64,000 bases of DNA, from NCBI GenBank assembly GCA_943787795.1, contig CALSNU010000001.1:384001-448000 (forward strand), read 5' to 3'. The stretch is from an uncultured bacterium. Its GTDB lineage: Bacteria > Planctomycetota > UBA1135 > GCA-002686595. Made by a program: the position numbers and the translations under genes. This document shows positions 28,971 to 38,614 of the stretch, piece by piece (positions within the stretch are counted from its first letter, which is position 1; each line of letters starts with the position of its first letter). The notes below the pieces were generated by a model. The model had not been told where the DNA came from. It searched no databases and saw only the letters and a program-made list of their open reading frames with translations.

Positions 28971-31037
28971 TCAGGCCTTCGATGCCTTGATGAGGAGGCC
29001 TAACCCGCCGACCACGAGGGCCTCCGAGCCAGGGGGGAGAACGGTCGTGCCCGAGTACTCCTCGATAATCGCCGGCCCCGTCACCCGGTTGCCCTCGGTC
29101 AGCCTGGCGCGCTCGTGGACGTCAACGGTCATGTGCTCCCCGCTGAAGACCACCGACCGTCGCCCGGCGGGCTCCGGCGTCGAGCCCGAGGCGACAGGGC
29201 TCGAGGGCTTGGGGCCGCGGCCCAGCACCTCCGTGGCCCGCAGGCGGACGTGGACCAGCTGCACCTCGTGATCCTCGAGGGTCCAGCCGAAACGAGCCTG
29301 GTGAGCGCGGTGGAAGGCACCCTCGGGGTCCTCGCAGTCGGGGATCGAGAGCTCGTAGGACTGACCTCGATAGCGGACGGAGAGGCTGGCCTCATGGCGG
29401 GGGGGCCGCTCGAGGAGGTCGCCGTCGGCGAGGGCGGCGTGGGCCTGGTGTCGGAGGTCCTCAATCAGCGCGGCTCGCTGGTCAGGCGACACCTCGCGGA
29501 GGGGCCGGAGGACCGAGGCGGAGCGGTCCACGGATCGCTGCGCCTCGGTCATCCCGTGGGCAGAGAGGACGCCGGGGGAGGCTGGAATGAGCGCTGAGGG
29601 CATGCCGAGACCCCGCGCGAGGTCTGCAGCGGCCAGCCCGCCTCCGCCCCCGAAGGCGACCAGGGGGGTCGAGCGCGGGTCCCGGCCGCGCTGCATGGTC
29701 ATCACGCCGAGGGCGCGGCGCATGGAGGCGTTGGCCGCGTCGATGACGGCCTCGGCCGCTCGGACGCGGTCCACCCCGAGGGCGGCCCCGAGGCGATCGT
29801 AGGCGCCCATGGCCGCGTCGATGTCAAGCTCGAGGGATCCCCCGAGGAAGCCACCCTCTGCGGTCCTGGGGGCGATCCGGCCAAGGACCACCTGGGCGTC
29901 TGTCACGGTGGGCTGGGTGCCGCCGCGACCAAATGCGGCGGGGCCAGGGGCGGCCCCCGCGCTCTCGGGGCCCACCCTCAGGACGCCCCCTGCGTCCACC
30001 CGCGCGATGCTCCCGCCGCCGCAGCCGACCGTGTGCATGTCGAGGGTGGGGACGGCGATGGAGTGGCCGGCGACCCGCACCTCCTCTGCCAATCCGGACA
30101 GCGCGGCGCCGGGGGAGTGGAAGGCGACGTCCGTGCTGGTGCCGCCCATGTCGAGGGTGGCGATCGCGTCCAGTCCGGCGGCCGCGGCAGCGCGCGCCGC
30201 CCCGACCACCCCGCCAGCTGGCCCGGACAGGAGGACCCGAACGGGCTCGCTGGCCGCGCGGGACGCCGAGAGGCCACCGCCGGAGCTCTGGAGCACCTCG
30301 AGCCGCGCCTCGGGCAGCGCCCCGTCGAGCCGCTCGAGGTAGGAGCGCACCACGGGGATCAGCACAGCATTGCAGGCGGCCGTCGAGAAGCGCTCGGCCT
30401 CTCGGTACTCCGCGATGAGCCCTGAGGACGTCGTGCACTCGAGCCCTCTTGCCCTGAGGGCGCAGGCGACGCGCTCCTCCGGCTCCGGGTCCGCGTAGCT
30501 GTGCAGCAGGCAGATGGCGACGCTCTGGACGCCGGACGCCACCACGCGGTCGCAGAGGTCAGTCAGCTCCTGCTCGGTGGGGCACACCGCTTGCTCCACC
30601 GCCCCTCCGGGCCCGGGTGAGGGCCAGCTTCGCTGGCGGAGCCCGAATCGTCGGTGTCGAGGGATGAGCGCGGCCGGGCGCTGGGGCTCCATGGCGTAGA
30701 GATCTGGCCGAGCCTGGCGGTCGATCTCCACGAGGTCCTCGAAGCCCTCGTTGGTGACGAGGGCGGCGTCTCCTGTCCTGCCGGTCAGGAGCGCATTCAG
30801 GGCGACGGTCGTACCGTGCACGATGGTCGCCCCTGGGGCGTTCGGGATGCCAAGCTGCCGCAGGCCCTCGAGGAGGGCCTCTCCGGGGTCCTCCGGAGTG
30901 GAGGCGACCTTGGCGATGCGTACGGGCTCCCCGGGCACCGCCAGGACCAGGTCCGTGAACGTCCCGCCGGTGTCGACACCCACGCGGGTGCCCTGGGGCA
31001 GAGGGTCGGAGGCGTGGTTCATGGGGGGCTCGGCCAT
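28971..31037 (-). CDS. hydantoinase/oxoprolinase subunit A family protein
   Basis: GVDTGGTFTD, HGTTVALN, SGPAGG, DMGGTSTD, VGPESAGA, RYRGQSYE. Confidence 0.94.
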   Translation of the reverse strand: MAEPPMNHASDPLPQGTRVGVDTGGTFTDLVLAVPGEPVRIAKVASTPEDPGEALLEGLRQLGIPNAPGATIVHGTTVALNALLTGRTGDAALVTNEGFEDLVEIDRQARPDLYAMEPQRPAALIPRHRRFGLRQRSWPSPGPGGAVEQAVCPTEQELTDLCDRVVASGVQSVAICLLHSYADPEPEERVACALRARGLECTTSSGLIAEYREAERFSTAACNAVLIPVVRSYLERLDGALPEARLEVLQSSGGGLSASRAASEPVRVLLSGPAGGVVGAARAAAAAGLDAIATLDMGGTSTDVAFHSPGAALSGLAEEVRVAGHSIAVPTLDMHTVGCGGGSIARVDAGGVLRVGPESAGAAPGPAAFGRGGTQPTVTDAQVVLGRIAPRTAEGGFLGGSLELDIDAAMGAYDRLGAALGVDRVRAAEAVIDAANASMRRALGVMTMQRGRDPRSTPLVAFGGGGGLAAADLARGLGMPSALIPASPGVLSAHGMTEAQRSVDRSASVLRPLREVSPDQRAALIEDLRHQAHAALADGDLLERPPRHEASLSVRYRGQSYELSIPDCEDPEGAFHRAHQARFGWTLEDHEVQLVHVRLRATEVLGRGPKPSSPVASGSTPEPAGRRSVVFSGEHMTVDVHERARLTEGNRVTGPAIIEEYSGTTVLPPGSEALVVGGLGLLIKASKA

Positions 31038-31117
31038 GGGATCGAGACACGAGTGTACGCGCGGACGGGGGCGCGAATAACATGGCTGCCCCGCGTATCC
31101 CGCTCCGCCCCCCTTCC

Positions 31118-31768
31118 ATGCTCGCGCCCGCCCTCGCCATCCTCGCGTCCTACCTGTTGGGATCTGTTCCCTTCGGCCTTGTCATGGCGCGGGTCATCAA
31201 GGGCGTGGACCTGCGGGAGGTTGGCAGCGGCAACATCGGCGCGACCAACGCCATGCGCGTGCTGGGCAAGCCACTGGGTCTTGTGGCGTTCCTGCTGGAC
31301 TTCGGCAAGGGCCTCGTCCCCACCCTGCTCCTCGCGCCGCACGCCGCCGCGCTGAACGAGACCGCGCCGTCGCTCGCCGCGGCCCTCTGCGGAACCGCGG
31401 CTGTGGTGGGCCACTGCTTCCCGCTCTACCTCAGATTCAAGGGCGGCAAGGGCGTCGCGACGGGCTGCGGGGCGATCGTCGGGGTGGACCCGTGGATCTT
31501 CGTGCTCTCGGGGCTGGTGTGGTTGGCGTGCCTCGTCACGACCCGCTACGTGGGGCTCGCGTCCATCGCCATGGGGCTCGCCTTCCCGGTGGTCGCGGCC
31601 ATCCGCCTGGAGGACGCGGGCGCCTTTGTGTTCGCGTGCGGACTGCTCTCCCTGCTCGTTGTCGTTCGCCACCGCTCGAACATCAGGCGGATGCTCGCTG
31701 GAACCGAACCGCGCATGGGCCAGAAGGGGAGCGGGCCCCCTGCCCCTGAGAAGGACACCAAACCATGA
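31118..31768 (+). CDS. plsY: glycerol-3-phosphate acyltransferase PlsY
   Basis: YLLGS, GSGNIGATN, DFGKG, GHCFP, FKGGKGVAT, RHRSNI; start 31082 or 31118. Confidence 0.96.
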   Translation: MLAPALAILASYLLGSVPFGLVMARVIKGVDLREVGSGNIGATNAMRVLGKPLGLVAFLLDFGKGLVPTLLLAPHAAALNETAPSLAAALCGTAAVVGHCFPLYLRFKGGKGVATGCGAIVGVDPWIFVLSGLVWLACLVTTRYVGLASIAMGLAFPVVAAIRLEDAGAFVFACGLLSLLVVVRHRSNIRRMLAGTEPRMGQKGSGPPAPEKDTKP

Positions 31769-32814
31769 CTGAACCGACCGCCGACACCGTGAAGAAGGCC
31801 CTTGTCATCGGCGACGGCTCCTGGGGCACCACCCTCGCTCTGCGCCTCGCGAAGAACGGGATCGACACCGTCCTCTGGAGCGCCTTTCCCGAGCAGGCCG
31901 CGGCGATGACCGCTGCGGGCTCGAACGAGGCTTACTTGCCCGGAGTTCCCTTCCCCTCCAATCTCGTCGCCAGCGCCGATCCGTTCGGCGCCGCGGAGGG
32001 CGCCGACCTCGTCGTATCGGTGGTGCCCACCCAGTTCGTTGGCCAGGTGGCGCTCAAGTTCGAGGACGCCCTGCCCGGCGGGATCCCCCTCGTGACGGCC
32101 TCGAAGGGGCTCGAGATCGAGACCTTCCGCACTCCGAGCCAGATCCTGCGCCGCATCCTCGGCGAGCGCCCGGTCTGCGTCCTCACCGGCCCGAGCCACG
32201 CCGAGGAGGTGGCTCATGACCTGCCTGCCTCCGTCGTCGCCGGGTGCGAGGACCGGGACTTCGCCCTTCGAGTTCAGGGCGCCTTCAACAGCAGCTCCTT
32301 CCGGGTCTACACGACTCCGGATGGCTACGGGGCGGAGCTTGCCGGCGCGCTGAAGAACGTGATCGCGATCGCGGCTGGAATCTGTGACGGGCTCCAGCTC
32401 GGAGACAACGCCAAGAGCGCGCTGCTGACGCGCGGGATCGTGGAGATGGCCCGCTTCGGCAAGGCGCGCGGCGCGGACGTCCGCACCTTCTTCGGGCTCG
32501 CGGGCTTCGGTGACCTCGTGACCACGTGCACGTCCAAGCACTCGAGGAACCGGTCGGTTGGTGAGGCCGTGGGGAGTGGGAAGACCCTCGAGCAGGTGCT
32601 CGGGGAGATGAAGATGGTCGCCGAGGGTGTCTGGACCACCAAGGCGCTGTTCGGACCGGAGGCCAACGAGGACGACGTCTCCATGCCGATCGCCGAGCAG
32701 GTCCACGCGGTGCTGTTCGAGTCCAAGGACCCGCGCGAGGCCGTGCTCGACCTCATGAGCCGTGAGCCCACCGATGAGATGGCGGGCCTGTTCGAAGGCC
32801 TGGATCAGGGCTGA
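31765..32814 (+). CDS. gpsA: NAD(P)H-dependent glycerol-3-phosphate dehydrogenase
   Basis: GDGSWG, SKG, GPSHAEE, GALKNVIAIAAG, GDLVTTC, SRN, AEG. Confidence 0.97.
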   Translation: MTEPTADTVKKALVIGDGSWGTTLALRLAKNGIDTVLWSAFPEQAAAMTAAGSNEAYLPGVPFPSNLVASADPFGAAEGADLVVSVVPTQFVGQVALKFEDALPGGIPLVTASKGLEIETFRTPSQILRRILGERPVCVLTGPSHAEEVAHDLPASVVAGCEDRDFALRVQGAFNSSSFRVYTTPDGYGAELAGALKNVIAIAAGICDGLQLGDNAKSALLTRGIVEMARFGKARGADVRTFFGLAGFGDLVTTCTSKHSRNRSVGEAVGSGKTLEQVLGEMKMVAEGVWTTKALFGPEANEDDVSMPIAEQVHAVLFESKDPREAVLDLMSREPTDEMAGLFEGLDQG

Positions 32815-33212
32815 TGGGACCGGTCAGCGGCTTCATCACCTTCCTGCTCCTCACGGTCGGCTTCCTCTTGGCCGCGGCGTGGACCGGGCGGCGCAGGCTT
32901 ATCCGGGCCCACATCATCTTCGTGGGCGTGTCGGTAGCTCACCTCGCGATCGCGATCTTCTTCGCCCTGAGGGTGGGGGAGATCTACGACCTGGAGGCGG
33001 CGGGGGTCATCACGCCGATCCACCTCGGCCTCGCGCGACTCACGACGGCCGCCTATCTCTGGCCCCTGATCACCGGTCCTCTGGCGGCCATGGGCAAGGT
33101 CTCCAGGAAGGCTCACCACGTGGGAGCCTACGTGGCCCTCGGCCTCACGGTCGCCGCGACGGTGACCGGCGTCATGATGCTCATGGGCGCCGAGCCCATT
33201 GACCCTGCCTGA
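32814..33212 (+). CDS. small 4-TM membrane protein
   Basis: TGATG overlap with gpsA; four hydrophobic segments, each with a His in or next to it. Confidence 0.8.
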   Translation: MGPVSGFITFLLLTVGFLLAAAWTGRRRLIRAHIIFVGVSVAHLAIAIFFALRVGEIYDLEAAGVITPIHLGLARLTTAAYLWPLITGPLAAMGKVSRKAHHVGAYVALGLTVAATVTGVMMLMGAEPIDPA

Positions 33213-33222
33213 CCCTCCGTCA

Positions 33223-33286
33223 GCCTGAGGGCCTGAGGGCCTGAGGGCCCGAGGGCATAGAGGCCTGGAGGCCTGGAGGCCCGGGC
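33223..33286. repeat. 8-bp degenerate tandem repeat x8 (GCCTGAGG/GCCTGGAG)
   Basis: Read directly, between convergent genes. Confidence 0.9.
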
Positions 33287-33355
33287 TCAGGAGCCTGATC
33301 TTCGGGCATCGGGCCCTTTCCGTTCGGCCTGGCAAGCACTGCCGCTGATGGACAC

Positions 33356-33430
33356 CCCTCGAGCCGCACCCCTGGAGCTACAGCCCGGGAACCGCGTCCT
33401 GGAACCGGGCCCCCTGGACCACAGCCCGAG
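33356..33430. repeat. degenerate ~14-bp tandem repeat x5
   Basis: CCCTCGAGCCGCAC, CCCTGGAGCTACAG, CCCGGGAACCGCGT, CCTGGAACCGGGCC, CCCTGGACCACAG. Confidence 0.6.
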
Positions 33431-33440
33431 CGATCAGCGT

Positions 33441-33773
33441 TCAGCGCAGCAGCGCGGCGCGGATGTCCTCATCGAAGAGCGCCGGTAGGGCCAGCAGGGA
33501 TGCATTTGCGAAGAGGGCCACCAGGGTCATCAGGACCCAGGGCTTGCGGGCCCGGATGGTCGTCAGCGCGAGGACCGCTCCCACAACTGCAGGCGCTCCG
33601 GAGACCACATAGACGGCGTTGGCTGGGGCAGCCAAGCCCCACTTGGCCGCGGCGAGGGAGCACCAGACCACGGCCCAGCCGAGGGTGGCCAGGGTCATGG
33701 AGCGCATCCAGCTTCGATGTCGGAAGCGGACCCGGTTGGTCGGGACCGCCTGGGATCGCATGGTGCGGGGCAT
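33441..33773 (-). CDS. small 3-TM membrane protein (110 aa)
   Basis: Start MPRTMRSQ at 33773; the longer ORF-track version overlaps tRNA-Pro. Confidence 0.7.
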   Translation of the reverse strand: MPRTMRSQAVPTNRVRFRHRSWMRSMTLATLGWAVVWCSLAAAKWGLAAPANAVYVVSGAPAVVGAVLALTTIRARKPWVLMTLVALFANASLLALPALFDEDIRAALLR

Positions 33774-33858
33774 GGGTCCTTTGTAGCCCAAAGAGAGAGG
33801 TCGGTGCCCCGGGAAGGCGTCTTCCGGTCCATTCGATCGGGCAACCCTCTTCCCTGGA

Positions 33859-33887
33859 TTGACGCGCACCCCTTCCGGCCCTAACCT
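33859..33887 (+). promoter_or_regulatory. putative tRNA-Pro promoter
   Basis: TTGACG-N17-TAACCT ending 16 nt before the tRNA. Confidence 0.75.
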
Positions 33888-33903
33888 TCTGCCCCCAACA
33901 GGT

Positions 33904-33980
33904 CGGGCCGTGGCGCAGTTTGGTAGCGCGCTGCAATGGGGTTGCAGAGGTCGGAGGTTCGAATCCTCTCGGCCCGACCA
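33904..33980 (+). tRNA. tRNA-Pro (GGG)
   Basis: Acceptor CGGGCCG/CGGCCCG, anticodon arm CTGCA-ATGGGGT-TGCAG, GTTCGAATC, encoded CCA. Confidence 0.97.
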
Positions 33981-34038
33981 TCTCTCCGCTCCGCGGGAGC
34001 TGTTGGGAGTGGCTAAATGGCCATGCGGGAGCAGGGAC

Positions 34039-34108
34039 CCGGGGTAGAAGATCCGGGGTAGAAGACTCAGGGCAGGGGCCCCAGGGCAGGGGCCCCAGGG
34101 CAGGGGCC
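34039..34108. repeat. 14-bp period tandem array x5 with two unit types
   Basis: CCGGGGTAGAAGAY x2, then YCAGGGCAGGGGCC x3. Confidence 0.9.
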
Positions 34109-34209
34109 CCAGGCGCCAAGCGTTGAGCCCGGGCGGTCCCGGCCCGAGCCCAGCAAAGAACACCTGGTCGGCGCTCGCTGGGCGTCGTCGTTCGCGCCGC
34201 GCGAGGCTC

Positions 34210-34950
34210 TCAGTCCGTAGGGGCGACCCCAGTTCGCCTCGGGCCGACGCGCTCCACCGCGGCGCCAGCCCCGGCCATGAGAGCCATGAAGGCCTCGAGG
34301 ACCCTCTCGCAGTGGTCCGCATGCTGGTTGGAACCCCAGACCACCGAGAGGATCGCGTCGGTCTCTCCGTGGGTCTTGGTCTCGTGGCAATCCTTGACGG
34401 CGTTCGCGCGGGGTCCCGTGGCGTCCATCAGGCAGAGCAACCCGTCGAGTTGGATCTCCTGGCCGCTCGAGTTGAAGACATAGCTCCCGTGTTCGACCGT
34501 TGCGACCCTCATTGGGGGCAGGAGCAAGTCCAGGTCCACGACGCTGATCGGGAGCGCGGAGTGCAGGCTCAGGGCGTTGCACGTATCCACCGCGACGTTG
34601 ATCGACGGGAGGTCGCTCTCCAAGTTGGCGCGGGCGAGGTACTCGGCGGAGGGCTTGCCGCGGCCCGATGGCTTGTACCCGCCGTGTCGGAGGAGCGAGC
34701 GGGTGTCGCGCCTGAGCGCTTCGCGGGTGTCTGGATCGATCGTACCGATCCCGAGTTCACTGCCGGGCCCGGCGGCGCTCTTGGAGAGCGCTTCGCCTGC
34801 GGCGGAGCCCTTTGACAGAGCCGCTTGCACGCTCAGCGGCGCCTCAAGGTGCCGCAGCGGCGCATCGAAGCGCGCCACGAAGGCGGCGGGCCAAAGGGAC
34901 GGGTGATCCGCGTACTCGATCATGGGCGGCTCGGTCTGGATATGTCGCAC
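34210..34950 (-). CDS. stand-alone B3/4 domain protein (PheRS beta editing domain-like)
   Basis: [42 protein letters not shown] 7 nt before GTG 34950. Confidence 0.85.
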   Translation of the reverse strand: MRHIQTEPPMIEYADHPSLWPAAFVARFDAPLRHLEAPLSVQAALSKGSAAGEALSKSAAGPGSELGIGTIDPDTREALRRDTRSLLRHGGYKPSGRGKPSAEYLARANLESDLPSINVAVDTCNALSLHSALPISVVDLDLLLPPMRVATVEHGSYVFNSSGQEIQLDGLLCLMDATGPRANAVKDCHETKTHGETDAILSVVWGSNQHADHCERVLEAFMALMAGAGAAVERVGPRRTGVAPTD

Positions 34951-35043
34951 GCCGCAGAGGCTAGCGCCGCGAGCCCCGCGCCCAGCGCCGAGAGGTCAAC
35001 GCCGAGAGAGCAACGCCGGAAGCCCCGCTCGAGGACTCCGGTC

Positions 35044-35691
35044 CTAGGAGTCCAGCCCGTTCTGGACGGCGAACCTGATCAGCTCCGCGGTGGAGCCGAG
35101 CTTGAGCTGGTTCATCATCTTGTACTTGTGGTACTCCACCGTCTTGCGCGAGATGCCCAGATCGCCGGCGATCTCCTTCGCGATCTTACCCTCGACGAGC
35201 GACCTCAAGATGCGCACCTGTCGGTCAGAGAGCGCGGCCTCCGGGGCAGCCTCCTCGGACTCGTTCGAGCCGTCTTGGCTCTTGCTCCGGATGATCTTCG
35301 CGGCGAGCGCCGGGGAGATCCAACAGCCGCCGGAGAGGGCCTCCTCGATCGCGGACACCAGCTCCGAGGTGGCCGCTCGCTTGAGCACGTACCCGTGTAC
35401 GCCACTCTCGATCGCCTCGGACGCATAGGTGGGATCCTCGTGCATCGTTAGGATGATGCACTTGGGGTCCTGACCGCCCTTGCGGATCTCCTTCACCGCG
35501 TCGAGACCACAGAGCTCTGGCATGGACCAGTCCGTGATGATCAGGTCCGGGTTGCACTCCCCGGCGAGCCGGACAAGCTCCGGCCCTGACTGTGCGGATC
35601 CCACGATCTCGAAGTCCTTCCTGAGCAGGCGTTCGAGCCCCTCGAGAAACATCTGATGGTCGTCGGCGAGGAGGATTCGTTGGGGCTTCAT
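35044..35691 (-). CDS. NarL/LuxR family response regulator
   Basis: LADDH, phosphoacceptor region ITDWSMP, LTMH, YVLK, HTH KEIAGDLGISRKTVEYH. Confidence 0.95.
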   Translation of the reverse strand: MKPQRILLADDHQMFLEGLERLLRKDFEIVGSAQSGPELVRLAGECNPDLIITDWSMPELCGLDAVKEIRKGGQDPKCIILTMHEDPTYASEAIESGVHGYVLKRAATSELVSAIEEALSGGCWISPALAAKIIRSKSQDGSNESEEAAPEAALSDRQVRILRSLVEGKIAKEIAGDLGISRKTVEYHKYKMMNQLKLGSTAELIRFAVQNGLDS

Positions 35692-35855
35692 GGCGGGACT
35701 GCGTGCATTGAGCCAAACCGTGGCGCCTCATCGCTGGTGGGTACGACGAGCGGCTTAGTTGCACGTATTAACAAGCGTAAGCGGCCCGATCGTCCACGCG
35801 CCCAAGAATGTGGGCCTGACACGGTGTTACGCGACAATCTGTCCGCCCGGCATGG

Positions 35856-38614
35856 TCAACCGGTGTTGCGGAGCCCCCTGGCGATGCCCCGGACGGTCTC
35901 GATCAGGATTCGCTCCAGGGCGCGATCCTCCCGATTCCCTTCTCGCCACCGCCTAAGCCGATCGACCTGCAGGAAGCTCATGGGGTCCACGTAGGGATTC
36001 CTGAGCTGGATCGATCGCTTGAGCGTGGGGTCTCGCTCGAGCAGCGTGGACGCCTCCCGCAGGTCGAGGATCACCCCGCGGGTGCGTGCGAACTCCTCCT
36101 CGATCTCGGGGAAGAGCCTCCGGCCTGTATCACCCGCGAGCTCTGCGTAGCGAGACGCGATCCCGAGGTCCGCCTTGGCCAGGACCATCTCGACGTCTGC
36201 GAGGAAGGTGTCGAAGAACGGCCAGCGCCCGGCCATCTCGCGGAGGGTTGAGATGCCGTGGGAGGCGACCGCTTGCTCGAGGCCGGAGCCCACTCCAAAC
36301 CAGCCAGGGAGGATCACCCGCGCCTGGGTCCAGGCGAACACCCACGGAATGGCTCGCAGGTCCTCGACCCCACGCATCTGTCGACGCTTGCCAGGGCGGG
36401 AGCCGATCCTCAGACGCTCGATGACATCGATCGGGGTCATGCCCCGGAAGAGCTCTGGGAAGCCGGGGTCGTCGTGGACGAGCTCTCGGTAGCGCGCGCG
36501 GCTGGAGACCGCGGCGTCCTGGATGGCGGCGACCCAGCTCTCGTCGGGTGCCGGCGGAGCGTCGCCTGTCGCCGTCCGCTCCAGAACCGCGCCGAGCACG
36601 AGCTCGAGGGTGCGTAGGGCCGTCCCGCGGAGACCAAACTTGTCGTGGATCACCTCGCCCTGTTCGGTGGTTCGTCCGCGACCGGCCACGGCACCGGGAG
36701 GGGCGGCCATGAAGGCGGCGCGGGGCTTCGACCCGCCTCGGCTCGCAGAGCCGCCCCGGCCGTGGAAGAAGGTCAGCTCCAGCCCTGCAGCACGGGCCGC
36801 CAGGACCATGGCCGTCTGGCCCTTCTGCAGCGCCCAACGCGAGGCCGTGATGCCGCCGTCCTTGTTGCTGTCCGAGTAGCCGAGCATCACCATCTGGCGG
36901 CTTCCGCGGTGCTCCAGGTGCTTGGCGTAGACGGGCTCTGCCGCGAGCACTTCGAGGACCGCCGGACCGCGCTCGAGGTCGTCCACGGTCTCGAAGAGCG
37001 GGGCGACGTCGAGGGGGACGGCGCCGTCCTCGTCGACCAGCTCGGCGAGGCGGGCGAGCCAGAGGACCGCGAGGGCATCGTCTGGCCCCTCGGCCATGCT
37101 GACCACGAACGTCCCCACGGACTCCGGTCCGTGCCGGTCGCGTGCCTCCGCGAGCGTCTCGAAGACCGCCAGCGTCGCCTGGGCCTCCTCGGAGAGAGGC
37201 GTCACCGCCGCGAAGTTCTCGCCGTCTGAGACCTCTGCCGCGATGGCCTCGGCGAGGCGCGCGGTCCGCTCTTCCCGGGAGAGGGCCTCGAAACCCTCGA
37301 CCTGCAGGAGCTCACCGACGACCCGGCGATGGACCTCCGCATCCTGCCTGCAGTCGAGGGTGGCGAGGTGAAAGCCGAAGGTCGAGACGCGCATCAGCAG
37401 GCGCTCGACGAGCTCCATGCCGGCCTTCGCCCCGCGGTGCTCGTCCAGGCTGGCTGCGATGAGCCGCAGGTCAGCCTCGAGCTCACTGGGCCCCTGGTAA
37501 GCCTCCTCGTCCGCGGCGCGGGTGGCACCGAGGCGCGCGTGGATGCCCTGTAGTGCCAGCCGGTAGGGCATGTCTGCGTAGCGGTCAGGCACCTTCTCGA
37601 AGGCCCCCGGGAACCGTCCGCGATAGTCCTCCACCAGAGCCAGCAGGGCCGGGCTGGCGCCGACGCGACTCGTGGATTGGGAGAGGTGGCCGAAGAGGTC
37701 GGTCACCTCGACCCGGTATCGCTCGACCACCACCTCGAGCTGCCGCGCCAGGGTGGCGCGGATGGTGTCCGCGCCGACGTTGGGGTTGCCGTCCATGTCG
37801 CCGCCGACCCAGCTCCCGAAGCGAACCAGGGGCGCTCGAGCACCAGCGGGCGACCGTAGGCCTCCTCGAAGCCCCGCTGAACCTCGGCGTGGAGCGCCGG
37901 CACGACCCGGTAGATCACGTCCGTCAGGTAGAAGAGCACGTGCTCGAGCTCCTCGCCCACGGTCGGCTTGTCTCGCAGCTGCTCGTCCGTCTGCCACGCC
38001 GTGGCGATGTCGAGCTCCACCAGCTGTCTGGCCGTGGCGATCTCTTCGGGCGTCATGGTGCCCTGGTGGAAGCGCTCGACCAGCACTCTCGCGATGCGCT
38101 GCTCCTTGCGGAGGATCGTGCGCCGGACGGCCTCGGTGGGGTGGGCGGTGAACACGGGCTCGACCAGCAGACCCTCGAGGGCCTGCTCGACCTCTTCCCC
38201 CTCGACGCCCGCGGCGGCCAGGGACTTGAGGACGGCCCGGACGCCGCCGGGCTGAGGTTCACCGTTGCGGAGCCGGTCCACTCGCCGGCGGATGCGGTGG
38301 ACGCGCTCGGCCATGTTCACGAGGCCGAAGTAGGCGGAGAAGGCCCGGACGACCTCGTGGCTCAGGTCCTCATCGAGCCCGTCGAGGAGGCGGATCAGCT
38401 GCTGCTCGGCCTCCTCGCTGCCGCGCCGCCGGCGGCGCGCGAGCAGGCGCGCGCCCTCCACGGCGGGGAAGAGCTCCTCATCGCCCAGCTCCTGGAGGAG
38501 CCGGCCGAGCAGCTGGCCGAGCCAGCCAACGTCCCGGCGCAGCGGGAGGTCCTTGGGCTCGAAGAACACTGAGCCCTCCTCGGAGGGATCGATCGGGGTC
38601 GAGGGGTGGCTCAC
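35856..38614 (-). pseudogene. ppc: phosphoenolpyruvate carboxylase with one frameshift (probably a sequencing error)
   Basis: N-half VFTAHPTE (37703-38614); C-half FGSWVGGDMDGNP, MLGYSDSNKDGG, FHGRGG, LRAIPWVF, RNTG; frames join at the G4 run 37829-37832. Confidence 0.93.

Noticed and set aside
27769..33980. Genomic island integrated at tRNA-Gly or tRNA-Pro
   Set aside because: I saw no integrase and no duplicated tRNA 3' end by eye, and the flanking genes include core genes (thiD, plsY, gpsA).
33441..34322. 293-aa ORF spanning tRNA-Pro
   Set aside because: The upstream part is antisense tRNA translation ([11 protein letters not shown]) plus repeats. Only the last 110 aa look coding.
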